DNA of 59,180 nucleotides from a virus (Duplodnaviria; Caudoviricetes): IMG/VR virus record IMGVR_UViG_3300037159_000004, positions 1 to 59,180 of that record; one strand, 5' to 3'. Shown piece by piece: positions 37,985 to 46,385 of this stretch (position 1 is its first letter; each line of letters starts with the position of its first letter). The notes under the pieces were generated by a model. It saw only the letters and a program-made list of their open reading frames with translations, ran no database searches and was not told where the DNA came from. The position numbers and the translations under genes were made by a program.

Positions 37985-38155
37985 TGAGTACACCCCGGTA
38001 GCGCCTCTGCCTCGCACGCGCCCGGGGTAATTTTGGAAAGACCGCGCTGATCACGCGGCGGCCGCCAGTGATGATCCTGACCGCGATAGAGCTTCGGCAA
38101 CGGCAGGAAACTGGCGGTGACATATTTTTGAACGGGTGGTGAGAGACCCGACCCG

Positions 38156-38205
38156 ACAGGTTATAGCCTGTCATTTTGTGTAGAAATACAGGCTACAGCC
38201 TGTCA
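38156..38205. promoter_or_regulatory. Two palindromic operator-like sites
   Basis: ACAGGTTATAGCCTGTCA (38156) and ACAGGCTACAGCCTGTCA (38188). Confidence 0.6.
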
Positions 38206-38217
38206 AGGAACCTCACC

Positions 38218-38721
38218 ATGTCGATTGGAAATTTAGGCGCGGCCCCCGGCGCGCAGCCCGCCGCCGGCCCGACCGGCGCACCGATCTGGTTGGACACCGG
38301 CCCCGCCGCGGGCTCTGCCCCGGTAGGTCAGGCCGGTAACCCGGCGCCGTACGGCGGCGTCACGTACTTTAATTCGAGCTTCGAGTCGATCATGGCGGCG
38401 GTCTCGCGCGGCGAAGTGTCGCTGAACCAGATCGTTGCTAGCGGCAGCCAGTTCGGCGGCAACAACCCGAACGCGCAGGCCGGCAACCCGACCCTGCTCC
38501 AAGCGTTCAGCCAGGGTCTCGGGCAGAACGGTACGAACGGATTGAACGGGAACGCTGCGGGCGGCGGGACCGTGAACAGCTCGATGGCGAGCACCGGCAC
38601 CGCGCCGGGATCGTTCGACAACAACACCGCGATGGGTGGAACGCAGACCATCGACGCGAAGCAGGTAATGAACGCGCCAGGCGTGCAGCTCGCGTCCCCG
38701 GCACAGTACGGCGGGAACTGA
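38218..38721 (+). CDS. G/N/A/P-rich SRG-motif protein 1
   Basis: AAGGA RBS; SIMAAVSRG, TLLQAFSQG; ends PAQYGGN. Confidence 0.75.
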   Translation: MSIGNLGAAPGAQPAAGPTGAPIWLDTGPAAGSAPVGQAGNPAPYGGVTYFNSSFESIMAAVSRGEVSLNQIVASGSQFGGNNPNAQAGNPTLLQAFSQGLGQNGTNGLNGNAAGGGTVNSSMASTGTAPGSFDNNTAMGGTQTIDAKQVMNAPGVQLASPAQYGGN

Positions 38722-38722
38722 A

Positions 38723-39244
38723 ATGACCCAGTATGTCAACCAGGGCCCAGTCGTAGGGCAACCGATGTCGCCGTTCTTCGGCGCACAGAACGGTCTCGGC
38801 GCAACGCCCGTTATCCAGCAGCCGACCACGGCACCGACCGCGGGCGGCATGCAGGCGACCGGCGTGCAGATGTCGCTGCTTGAAGCGTGCTCGCGCGGGA
38901 TCATCCCACGTAACGCGCAGCTTGCGACGATCTCCGGCCAGGCCGTGAGCGCTGGCGTCAGCGCGCTGCAGGGCGACAGCATGTCAGTGGACGAGGGTCT
39001 CTCGTCCGGCAACGGCGCGCAGACATCTCTCGGTGTCGCGGTGGCGCCGAACGGCGGCAACCCCAACTCAATCACGACGATGGGCGTCAACAACCAGGTC
39101 TTCGTCGACGGCATCGGGACCGCGAACGACACGCAGTCGACCGGCCCGACGCCGACCAACACAGAGACGGTGGTGAGCGCCCCGACCCCGGGCTCGACCA
39201 CGACCGCGAACATCACGCTGGTTACGGGAGTATATTCAGGATGA
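38723..39244 (+). CDS. G/T/N-rich SRG-motif protein 2
   Basis: SLLEACSRG; ends VYSG. Confidence 0.75.
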   Translation: MTQYVNQGPVVGQPMSPFFGAQNGLGATPVIQQPTTAPTAGGMQATGVQMSLLEACSRGIIPRNAQLATISGQAVSAGVSALQGDSMSVDEGLSSGNGAQTSLGVAVAPNGGNPNSITTMGVNNQVFVDGIGTANDTQSTGPTPTNTETVVSAPTPGSTTTANITLVTGVYSG

Positions 39245-39702
39245 CGATCTATGGGACTCCGGGCGGCACTGTCGCTAACACGCAGCCCTTCCAGGGCACG
39301 ACCCCGGGCAACACCGTCGCGGGCGCAACCCTGCAGGTGGTGAACCCGGGCGTAGGGCTCTTCCCGCCCAACTCTGACAACCGCAGCGGTGACACGATCC
39401 TGGCGTCCGTCTCACGGGCCGCATGCCCCGCGAACGTCGACATCACGAACGCGGGCACCCGCGACTCGCGCCCCGGTCGGAGCGTGCACGAGAGCATGAG
39501 CGACGCGAACGCAACCGGCACCAACTCCGCCGAGACCGTCGTCTTCGGCGGCTCGCTGAACGTCGGCCCAGCGGGGAACGGCTCGGCCGCGGGCGGCTTC
39601 AACCAGACCAACTCACCCAGCTCGGGCGTTGCGCACATACTGCCCGCGAACGCGGACGTCAAGGTGCCGGCGATAGCTACGCCAGCGCAGTATCAAGGGT
39701 AA
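39241..39702 (+). CDS. SRG-motif protein 3
   Basis: TILASVSRA; ends PAQYQG. Confidence 0.75.
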   Translation: MTIYGTPGGTVANTQPFQGTTPGNTVAGATLQVVNPGVGLFPPNSDNRSGDTILASVSRAACPANVDITNAGTRDSRPGRSVHESMSDANATGTNSAETVVFGGSLNVGPAGNGSAAGGFNQTNSPSSGVAHILPANADVKVPAIATPAQYQG

Positions 39703-39705
39703 CCT

Positions 39706-40140
39706 ATGACAAACTTTTACGGACTAAGCAACCCGATGGAAGTCAACGACGGGTACCCAGGCGCGGCGCCTGTACCCGGCGCTGGCACCCTGATGACAGG
39801 CAACCCGAGCGGCGAGCCGTCCGGTGTAGTCTACTCTCTGCCCGGCAACCAGAACGCTCCGCAGCAGCTGACCTCTACGCAGATCTCCGCCGGCAACATC
39901 GTCACCAGCTCGGTCCCGACCAACGTCCTCACGGCGCCCGGCACCGACTCTCTGCTCGCGCAGATGTCGCGCGGGCAGGTGATCATGGCTGACTCCACCT
40001 ACGGGCAATCACAGTCTGTGCCTGCGAACGGGGGTGCCTCGAACATTCCGCAGCCTACGTCGGTGCCGGTAACGGCGCGCGTCGCGTCGACGCTCACGTA
40101 CCCGTCGCCGGGCAGCGCGCAGAACTATACGGGCAACTGA
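39706..40140 (+). CDS. SRG-motif protein 4
   Basis: SLLAQMSRG; ends NYTGN. Confidence 0.75.
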   Translation: MTNFYGLSNPMEVNDGYPGAAPVPGAGTLMTGNPSGEPSGVVYSLPGNQNAPQQLTSTQISAGNIVTSSVPTNVLTAPGTDSLLAQMSRGQVIMADSTYGQSQSVPANGGASNIPQPTSVPVTARVASTLTYPSPGSAQNYTGN

Positions 40141-40526
40141 TGACCACCCCGACGGGGCCAGGGATCACCTCCCCGATAACGACCCCGTCGTACCTCGGCG
40201 CCGTGCGCCAGCAGAACCCCGTCGGACAGAACCTGTCGGCGAACTATAACGTGTTCGCTCCGGCGGGGGTCTTAGGCGACAAGTGGGGCGCGAACGGTGG
40301 CGACCAGGTCGCGGTCGGCGGGGGCGCGACGGACCAGACCGGGTACCTAAAGCCGGTAGCGATCACGCCCGCCAGCTGCGAGACGGCGACGAACTTTTTA
40401 GATTCGCTACCGAACGCTACCACGAACCAGCCAACCCAAGCCACCCGGCTCGGGCGACTGAACAGTGACGCGCTGCCAGGTCAGACAAACGATCCATTGT
40501 CCAGCGTTGGCAACAACGCGGGCTAA
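40140..40526 (+). CDS. G/N/T/P-rich protein 5 of the cluster
   Basis: Same composition, TGATG-coupled; ends NNAG. Confidence 0.7.
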   Translation: MTTPTGPGITSPITTPSYLGAVRQQNPVGQNLSANYNVFAPAGVLGDKWGANGGDQVAVGGGATDQTGYLKPVAITPASCETATNFLDSLPNATTNQPTQATRLGRLNSDALPGQTNDPLSSVGNNAG

Positions 40527-40608
40527 TTTATTCATGCGGTCGTAGCCACACTACGACTGCTGCTTATCCGCCACGGGGCGGCGATGATGTTAGATAGAGG
40601 AAATTTTC

Positions 40609-41094
40609 ATGACAGCATTAGGCGTCTTCCGAGACGATTTCTATAACGCAGTATCTGCGTTGGCGCAAACGCAGTATACCACCACCGCCCAGGGCAACGG
40701 CACGATCCTGGCCGCCGCCGCGATTGGTGGGGCAGGCGATTGCTATGTGGTCTCCAGCGGCGCGACTGCGCTGACGACCGACTCCGCGATCAACATCATC
40801 GCCGCGATCCAGATCGCGGTGGCGACGGCGTACAAGCAGGGACTCGGCGGCTTCGCTGCCGGCGTCAACCCGCCCCCTGGCGTCCCGAACCTGTTCAACG
40901 TCACCTGGACGCTGGTCATCGTGAACACCAACGGCGGTACGCTCACACTGACGGCAGGCACTGGTGTCACTCTCTTGGGCACGACCACCGTACTGACAGG
41001 CGCTATGCGCGTGTACGCGGTCACGATCCTTTCACCGACAACGGTCTCGATACAGGGCATCTTTGCATCCATCCTTTCCACCTTCACGGTCTAA
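40609..41094 (+). CDS. Putative capsid decoration/cement beta-rich protein
   Basis: GAGG RBS; LTTDSA.NI and TLTLTAGTGVTL.G strands. Confidence 0.5.
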   Translation: MTALGVFRDDFYNAVSALAQTQYTTTAQGNGTILAAAAIGGAGDCYVVSSGATALTTDSAINIIAAIQIAVATAYKQGLGGFAAGVNPPPGVPNLFNVTWTLVIVNTNGGTLTLTAGTGVTLLGTTTVLTGAMRVYAVTILSPTTVSIQGIFASILSTFTV

Positions 41095-41125
41095 TTTTTT
41101 CGATTCAATCAAAGGAATATTTTAC

Positions 41126-41395
41126 ATGAGCAGCAAGATCAACACCAAGAACGGCGACAAAGCCAACGAGAGCGGCGAAGCGTACCTCAAGGGCCGCCGG
41201 GCCGGCGTAGAGGGCACGTACGGCAAGTCGCGCAGCGGCAACGTTGCGCAAGAGACCAACGTAACCGACAAGATGGACCAGAGCGACTCGGGCAGCTTGC
41301 AGAGCGACCTGACCAGCTCCGCGCGCAGCTTGTACCAGGACGCCGTCAAAGGCCGTGGCGACAAGATGGGCGACAAAGCATTGACCGAGCGATAG
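41126..41395 (+). CDS. Small hydrophilic protein
   Basis: AAGGA RBS. Confidence 0.6.
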   Translation: MSSKINTKNGDKANESGEAYLKGRRAGVEGTYGKSRSGNVAQETNVTDKMDQSDSGSLQSDLTSSARSLYQDAVKGRGDKMGDKALTER

Positions 41396-41397
41396 AC

Positions 41398-41544
41398 ATG
41401 GGCATCATAACTGTTGTCGTTGTCATCGGGGTCCTTGTGGCAGGGTACGCCGCGTACCAAGTGTACAAGGCCAATAAGGCCGTGACCGCCGCCAACGTCG
41501 TGGCGCAAGCCAAGGCCGACGCGGCCGCTGTCAAAAAGTCGTAA
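41398..41544 (+). CDS. Small single-TM protein (48 aa)
   Basis: MGIITVVVVIGVLVAGYAAY... Confidence 0.6.
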   Translation: MGIITVVVVIGVLVAGYAAYQVYKANKAVTAANVVAQAKADAAAVKKS

Positions 41545-41545
41545 C

Positions 41546-41746
41546 GTGCCAAGCGTTTCCCCAGCTCAGGCGAAACTGATGCGGGCTGCCGCCCACGGCT
41601 GGAAAAAGCCAGGGGGCGGCGGCCCGTCGGTTGCCGTGGGGAAAGAGTTTATGCACGCCGATGAGCGTGCTAAAAAGGGCGCCCGCTCGAAAGAGCAGCG
41701 CGCCGACCGTAAGAGCGCGATGAACGAATGGGCTGAGGGAAAATGA
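41546..41746 (+). CDS. Small basic phage protein
   Basis: MPSVSPAQAKLMRAAAH..V.KEF..AD, a recurrent pre-terminase pattern. Confidence 0.7.
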   Translation: MPSVSPAQAKLMRAAAHGWKKPGGGGPSVAVGKEFMHADERAKKGARSKEQRADRKSAMNEWAEGK

Positions 41747-42003
41747 GCGGCATATTCAAAAAGAAGAACAGCGAGGGCCGCAGCATCAAGCACGTCGACG
41801 GCCCGCGCGCGAGCCACGGCGGTGGCGACACAGAGAACGCGAAGGTCGCCAAGAAAGCGCACCGTAAAGGTCCGCGCCCTGGCACCAACACATCCGACAA
41901 GCAGGCGCCGCATAAGCAGCGCGCGGCCAAAGAGCTGAAGCACGTCGACCAGGGACAGATCCTGAACGAGTGGTGCTCCGGCAAACGCGGGAGCTACAAG
42001 TAA
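41743..42003 (+). CDS. Small Lys/His-rich protein
   Basis: ATGA-coupled. Confidence 0.6.
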   Translation: MSGIFKKKNSEGRSIKHVDGPRASHGGGDTENAKVAKKAHRKGPRPGTNTSDKQAPHKQRAAKELKHVDQGQILNEWCSGKRGSYK

Positions 42004-42368
42004 TGGCGATAGATACAACTTTTCAGCCGAAGACCCCCACGTTCGTGGTAGACAGCTCGGTCGCGGTCACCATCGACGGGCGCCAGCAGGGCGTAACCTC
42101 GTGGCGGATCCAGGCCCTTGGGGCCATTGGTGCACCGGGGACCCCGGTGGCCGGCTATATTACGTACGGGCAGGGCGGCAAAGCAGCACCCTCAGCACCA
42201 ACCGCGGCTCTGGCTCTAGCCACCCCCGTAGTGAACACGCTCGGCGTGAACGCCGGCCAGACCCTCTACATTGAAGGTATCGGCGCGTGGGTACAGTTCA
42301 TTGGCAGCGTAGCGTTCGCTACCGGATCGTTCGCAGTTACCGGCGGACAGGGAGGTTGTGGTGGCTGA
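42003..42368 (+). CDS. Putative virion structural protein
   Basis: Beta-rich; ends VTGGQGGCGG. Confidence 0.5.
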   Translation: MAIDTTFQPKTPTFVVDSSVAVTIDGRQQGVTSWRIQALGAIGAPGTPVAGYITYGQGGKAAPSAPTAALALATPVVNTLGVNAGQTLYIEGIGAWVQFIGSVAFATGSFAVTGGQGGCGG

Positions 42369-42714
42369 TATCGCACCGATGCTCGGAGCAATCCTCGGCA
42401 TCAGCAAGACCCCGAAGGGTCAAGATAAAAAGCGCGCGAAGAAGTCGCGGGGCGAGAAATCCGTGACGGAGCCTGAGCAACAGCACGGCGAGCTGGCGTC
42501 CAACAAGGCGCCACCGGCACCGACAGACAAGAAGCTCATGCGCGAGAGCGCGAAGCACACGATCCGCAGCTCGACCGACAGCTGGGTCTCGGGACACATC
42601 TCCACGAAAGAGCACGGCGCTGTGGTAGCTCGCGCGAAGCACGTACTCTCGGGCAAGGCCGTCCGTGAGTTTAAGGGCACGAGCGGCGAGCGCGCGTTCA
42701 AGAAAATGCGATGA
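42358..42714 (+). CDS. Basic hypothetical protein
   Basis: GGAGG RBS. Confidence 0.6.
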   Translation: MVADIAPMLGAILGISKTPKGQDKKRAKKSRGEKSVTEPEQQHGELASNKAPPAPTDKKLMRESAKHTIRSSTDSWVSGHISTKEHGAVVARAKHVLSGKAVREFKGTSGERAFKKMR

Positions 42715-42856
42715 TAATCGTCACACAGATCCGGCTCGGTATGTGCTACTGCGGCATCCGTATGGATCGCTCCTGGCGATGAGCTACTTTCTTTTTGGCT
42801 TCATCTGCGGAGCGATCTTTGTCATCGCTTACGCGAAAGCCTTCAGTACGTGAGCT

Positions 42857-43309
42857 ATGCCACAGATAGGTAACAGGTACCTCCAGGGTACCCCGATCCT
42901 GCCGTACGCCAACGTCAAGGCGTACCCGAACACGGACATCTTCTTTGACCTGCAGTTCGTGGACCACACGAACACGCCGGTCATCCCGACAGATATACGT
43001 CTAGAGATAGACGACATCTCTAGCGCCACCGTGACGATGGCGAGCACCCCCGTGACGCTGAACCCAGCCGGCGCGATAGGCACGGCGTCGGTACCGTTCA
43101 CGTACCCAGCCTTCGCGGCGACGATGTACATGCAGGTGCTAGCCTCCGCGTGGCAGATGACGTTCCCGTACACAGGCTCGCAGCTGTGCCAGGTCGGCAT
43201 GCAGTTCACAGCCATCGACAGTGTCACGGGACAACCGTTCACGTCGACATCGATCATTGCGATCATTGAATTGTGCGCGCTCGCGACGGTGAGCGGCTTC
43301 GCGTATTGA
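42857..43309 (+). CDS. Hypothetical protein, probably a virion beta-sandwich
   Basis: ORF in the late operon. Confidence 0.55.
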   Translation: MPQIGNRYLQGTPILPYANVKAYPNTDIFFDLQFVDHTNTPVIPTDIRLEIDDISSATVTMASTPVTLNPAGAIGTASVPFTYPAFAATMYMQVLASAWQMTFPYTGSQLCQVGMQFTAIDSVTGQPFTSTSIIAIIELCALATVSGFAY

Positions 43310-43346
43310 TTTTTAAAATTCTCTTTTCGTATGTGAGGTACGGAAC

Positions 43347-43634
43347 ATGACGTTGGATTTCAGTCAGAAACTGCTCGATGACCTGATCGCGGTGCACCTC
43401 CTGGATAAGGCTGAGGGTGTGATCAAGTTGCCGGATTGGCAGCGTATCCTGCGCGGCGAAGTCGTCGCGACCGGGCCTGGACGGATGCTCCCGCTCGGGG
43501 AGCGTGCACCGATGGAGTGCAGCGTCGGTGACATCGTCACCTTCGCGGCCACCGCGGGCATGGACACGGAATACGGTGTCGGAAATAAAATTCGTTTGAT
43601 GCGTGACACCGATGTCGATGCGGTGGTGACATGA
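43347..43634 (+). CDS. groES: GroES/Cpn10-like co-chaperonin
   Basis: L.D.I.V..GVIKLP..GEVVATGPGR..PM..VGD.V.F..G.E..LMR..DV.AVV. Confidence 0.85.
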   Translation: MTLDFSQKLLDDLIAVHLLDKAEGVIKLPDWQRILRGEVVATGPGRMLPLGERAPMECSVGDIVTFAATAGMDTEYGVGNKIRLMRDTDVDAVVT

Positions 43635-44020
43635 AAAATGCCGCAGAGAAACGCGCGTATGATCGCGATTGGGCGCGCACTAGATACGCTACGGATCCAG
43701 AATATCGCGCCACAGTGCTCGCTAGAAACGCCAAAAACCGCGCAAAGAATCTGGACAAGTACCTGGATACGCAGCGCAGGAACAACTGGCGAAAAAACGG
43801 TGCCGAGCCTACGCGACCGATGCCTGAGCTATGCGAACTGTGCGGCGGCAAGCCGAACGGATACCGCAACCGGGTTTTGTTTTTAGATCACGATCATCTG
43901 ACCGGAGCATTCCGCGGATGGCTCTGTAACAACTGCAATATGGCGATTGGGCTGTTGAAGGACAACCCAGAACTGTGTGAAAAAGTGGCGCAGTATTTAC
44001 GGAGACCGCAATGCAACTGA
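43631..44020 (+). CDS. Endonuclease VII-family homing endonuclease
   Basis: CELCG..LDHDHLTGAFRGWLCNNCN. Confidence 0.85.
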   Translation: MKNAAEKRAYDRDWARTRYATDPEYRATVLARNAKNRAKNLDKYLDTQRRNNWRKNGAEPTRPMPELCELCGGKPNGYRNRVLFLDHDHLTGAFRGWLCNNCNMAIGLLKDNPELCEKVAQYLRRPQCN

Positions 44021-44553
44021 CTCCAGAGTTAGAGGAAGTAGGGCGCCGTGTCCACGTATTGCGCGACCGCGTACTCGTGAAGGTGCTCCCCTACGTGCAC
44101 CCGACGCTTGAGACTCCCGGCATTGAAATTAACAAGGGAGTCATAGTAGGCGTTGGTTACGGCCGCCGCCAGCGGCGCAAGGTCGCCTTCAAGCAAGAGA
44201 TCAGCGACGGTCCGCCCGTGCTCGACGCCAGCGGCAAGAAGATGCAGTTCGCGAAGAGCAAACTCTCGGGCAAGACACTATGGTTTGAGGACGGCCCCGA
44301 GACGGGTGCGATCATATCCATGCAAGTGAAGCCGGGCGATGTCATCGAGTTCAGTTTCCGCAACATCACGCTCGTCGACTTCGACCGCGTCGGTTTCCCC
44401 GGGATCGGGCACCTCGCGTTCGTCTGGCAGAAAGCGATCTACTCGGTCGACCCGGACGAATCTTTGAACGAGTGCTTGATGTGGCAGCAGAGCGCGGGCT
44501 ACGACCGTAAAGGAAACTTTATGAGCGGAAGCGAAGACTGGCACCGCGCGTAG
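44011..44553 (+). CDS. Second, enlarged GroES-like protein
   Basis: VLRDRVLVK, KGVIVGVGYG, a long insertion, then MQVKPGDVIEF. Confidence 0.7.
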   Translation: MQLTPELEEVGRRVHVLRDRVLVKVLPYVHPTLETPGIEINKGVIVGVGYGRRQRRKVAFKQEISDGPPVLDASGKKMQFAKSKLSGKTLWFEDGPETGAIISMQVKPGDVIEFSFRNITLVDFDRVGFPGIGHLAFVWQKAIYSVDPDESLNECLMWQQSAGYDRKGNFMSGSEDWHRA

Positions 44554-44554
44554 T

Positions 44555-45673
44555 ATGGGACAGAACGTAGCGGACGCGGATCAGTACGGCAGCATGGCGA
44601 AGGCGAACACGCCCGGCGCCCCTAAGACGCCGTGGGGTAAGTGGCCGAAGATCAATCCCGAATCCGTTGCGCCGTTGCGCGACGGGAAGCCGGACCTGTA
44701 CAACCACCAGCCGACGCGGTTCGTCTCGAAAGATGAGGCGAAGGCGCGCGGCTGGAAACATTTTTGGACCGGCGAGGTGTGCGTCACCGGGCACCGCGCC
44801 GCGCGGTACGTCGCGAACGGTAGCGTCTGCATAGATTGCTACCGTATAGAGCGCGGACAGCTGCCGGTCTACGGGAAAGGCGTCCCGGAGCTAGAGGAAG
44901 CTCGGCGACGTAACTACACGCAGAAAAATACTACGGCCACAACCGGCCCGGTACAGCCAAGCTCCGCGGAGAAGTTGTTCCTCACGAAGTACGCGGAGCT
45001 GAAAGACTTCGGTACCGCCGCCGACGCGTGCGGGCGCACCGAGTCAGAATTTTTGGCGATCCTGAGCTGGAACGAAACCTTCCGCGACGCGGTGAACCGC
45101 CTCGAAGAGACTCTAGGCATCGCACGGACACAGAAGGTATCGGAATTTTTTGACTGGACGGACGACAAGCGGCGCAGCTTCCTGATCACGTACGCCAACA
45201 CGGCCGACATGAAGGGCTCGCTACGCTCAGTGGGCGCCACGAACGTGCAGTTCCATAAGGAGCTGACCGAGAATGGAGACTTTCAACGAGATTTTGACGA
45301 TGCCGCGCAGATGGCGCGGTCCGTGTTCGATCATGCAGCATCCGCAGCGGCCACAAAGGGGGACGCTCGCATGCTCGGTCGAATCGCGGCGAACTTTTTC
45401 CCGGAAAAATTCGGTGAGAACCTGAAGGTGGATCTCAACGTCAAGCAGAACCTATCGTTGGACCAAGCTCATGCGCAACTTACCACGCTCCTATCAAGAT
45501 TTGATCGACAGGGTATACTCGCCGCTCCCGCCGCAGCTGCAGGCGCTGCTATCGAAGCAGAATTTGAAGTCGTTGAGCCTCGCGGAGTCGACGAAACTTA
45601 TCCAGATCCTGAGCCAGAGAGCGCAGATTCAGGATCAGACCCAAATAGTGACCTGGTTTCAGGATCCGACTGA
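44555..45673 (+). CDS. Putative terminase small subunit with an N-terminal Cys/His domain
   Basis: SKDEAKARG.KHFWTG..C..GH...RY....CIDC, two helical repeats, PEKFG, acidic tail; directly upstream of TerL. Confidence 0.55.
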   Translation: MGQNVADADQYGSMAKANTPGAPKTPWGKWPKINPESVAPLRDGKPDLYNHQPTRFVSKDEAKARGWKHFWTGEVCVTGHRAARYVANGSVCIDCYRIERGQLPVYGKGVPELEEARRRNYTQKNTTATTGPVQPSSAEKLFLTKYAELKDFGTAADACGRTESEFLAILSWNETFRDAVNRLEETLGIARTQKVSEFFDWTDDKRRSFLITYANTADMKGSLRSVGATNVQFHKELTENGDFQRDFDDAAQMARSVFDHAASAAATKGDARMLGRIAANFFPEKFGENLKVDLNVKQNLSLDQAHAQLTTLLSRFDRQGILAAPAAAAGAAIEAEFEVVEPRGVDETYPDPEPESADSGSDPNSDLVSGSD

Positions 45674-46385
45674 CCACCCGGCGCTGAAGAACTGCCCGCT
45701 AGGGCGAAAACACTACCCGAAGCAGATGCGGTTCTTCGCGTTGGAGAGAACCGACGACGAGATCGCGCTTTTCGGTGGAAACAGAACTGGAAAAACGCAC
45801 TGCGGTTGCTTTGCGGACGTACTACACCTCACCGGACTATATCCTGAGTGGTGGCCGGGCAGAAAGTTCGAGCACCCCATTGAAATGTGGGCGGCGACGG
45901 ACACCGCGAAGAATACTCGCGATATTTTGCAAGAAAAGTTCTGCGGGAAGCCGGGGCAGGAGCAAGCGTACGGCACCGGGATGATCCCGGGCGATCTTTT
46001 AGTGCGGCGGACGGTGAAGCACGGTCTCGCTGACGCGTTTGAGTCGGTTTTCGTGCGGCATGTGTCCGGCGGCATCTCGACACTGCAGTTCAAGTCATAC
46101 GACCAGGGCCGCGAAGCCTTCCAAGGCACGCGCCAGCATCGTATTCATCTGGACGAAGAGCCGAAGCTAGAGATTTACACGGAATGCCTGCTGCGACTGC
46201 TGAGCACGGTGCCGGGCGAAGCGAACGGCACGCTAGCGTTGACAGAAACCCCGATGCTCGGCGTGAGTGATTTAATGATCACCTTCATGCCAGAGCTGTC
46301 GCCGGAGCCAGACTCTGCGCCGTCGGCGGCGTGGGATATGGGTGAGGAAGAGGAGATCGTCGTCGATGAGGAGCCAGCAAATTGA
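45471..46385 (+). CDS. Terminase large subunit, ATPase half (P22 gp2-like)
   Basis: YPKQ, GGNRTGKT, FKSYDQGR, IHLDEEP, LTETP. Confidence 0.9.
   Translation: MRNLPRSYQDLIDRVYSPLPPQLQALLSKQNLKSLSLAESTKLIQILSQRAQIQDQTQIVTWFQDPTDHPALKNCPLGRKHYPKQMRFFALERTDDEIALFGGNRTGKTHCGCFADVLHLTGLYPEWWPGRKFEHPIEMWAATDTAKNTRDILQEKFCGKPGQEQAYGTGMIPGDLLVRRTVKHGLADAFESVFVRHVSGGISTLQFKSYDQGREAFQGTRQHRIHLDEEPKLEIYTECLLRLLSTVPGEANGTLALTETPMLGVSDLMITFMPELSPEPDSAPSAAWDMGEEEEIVVDEEPAN

Noticed and set aside
38068-38080. Box C/D-like GTGATGA..CTGA
   Set aside because: The boxes are only 2 nt apart, compete with a stronger stem, and are not expected in a bacterial phage.
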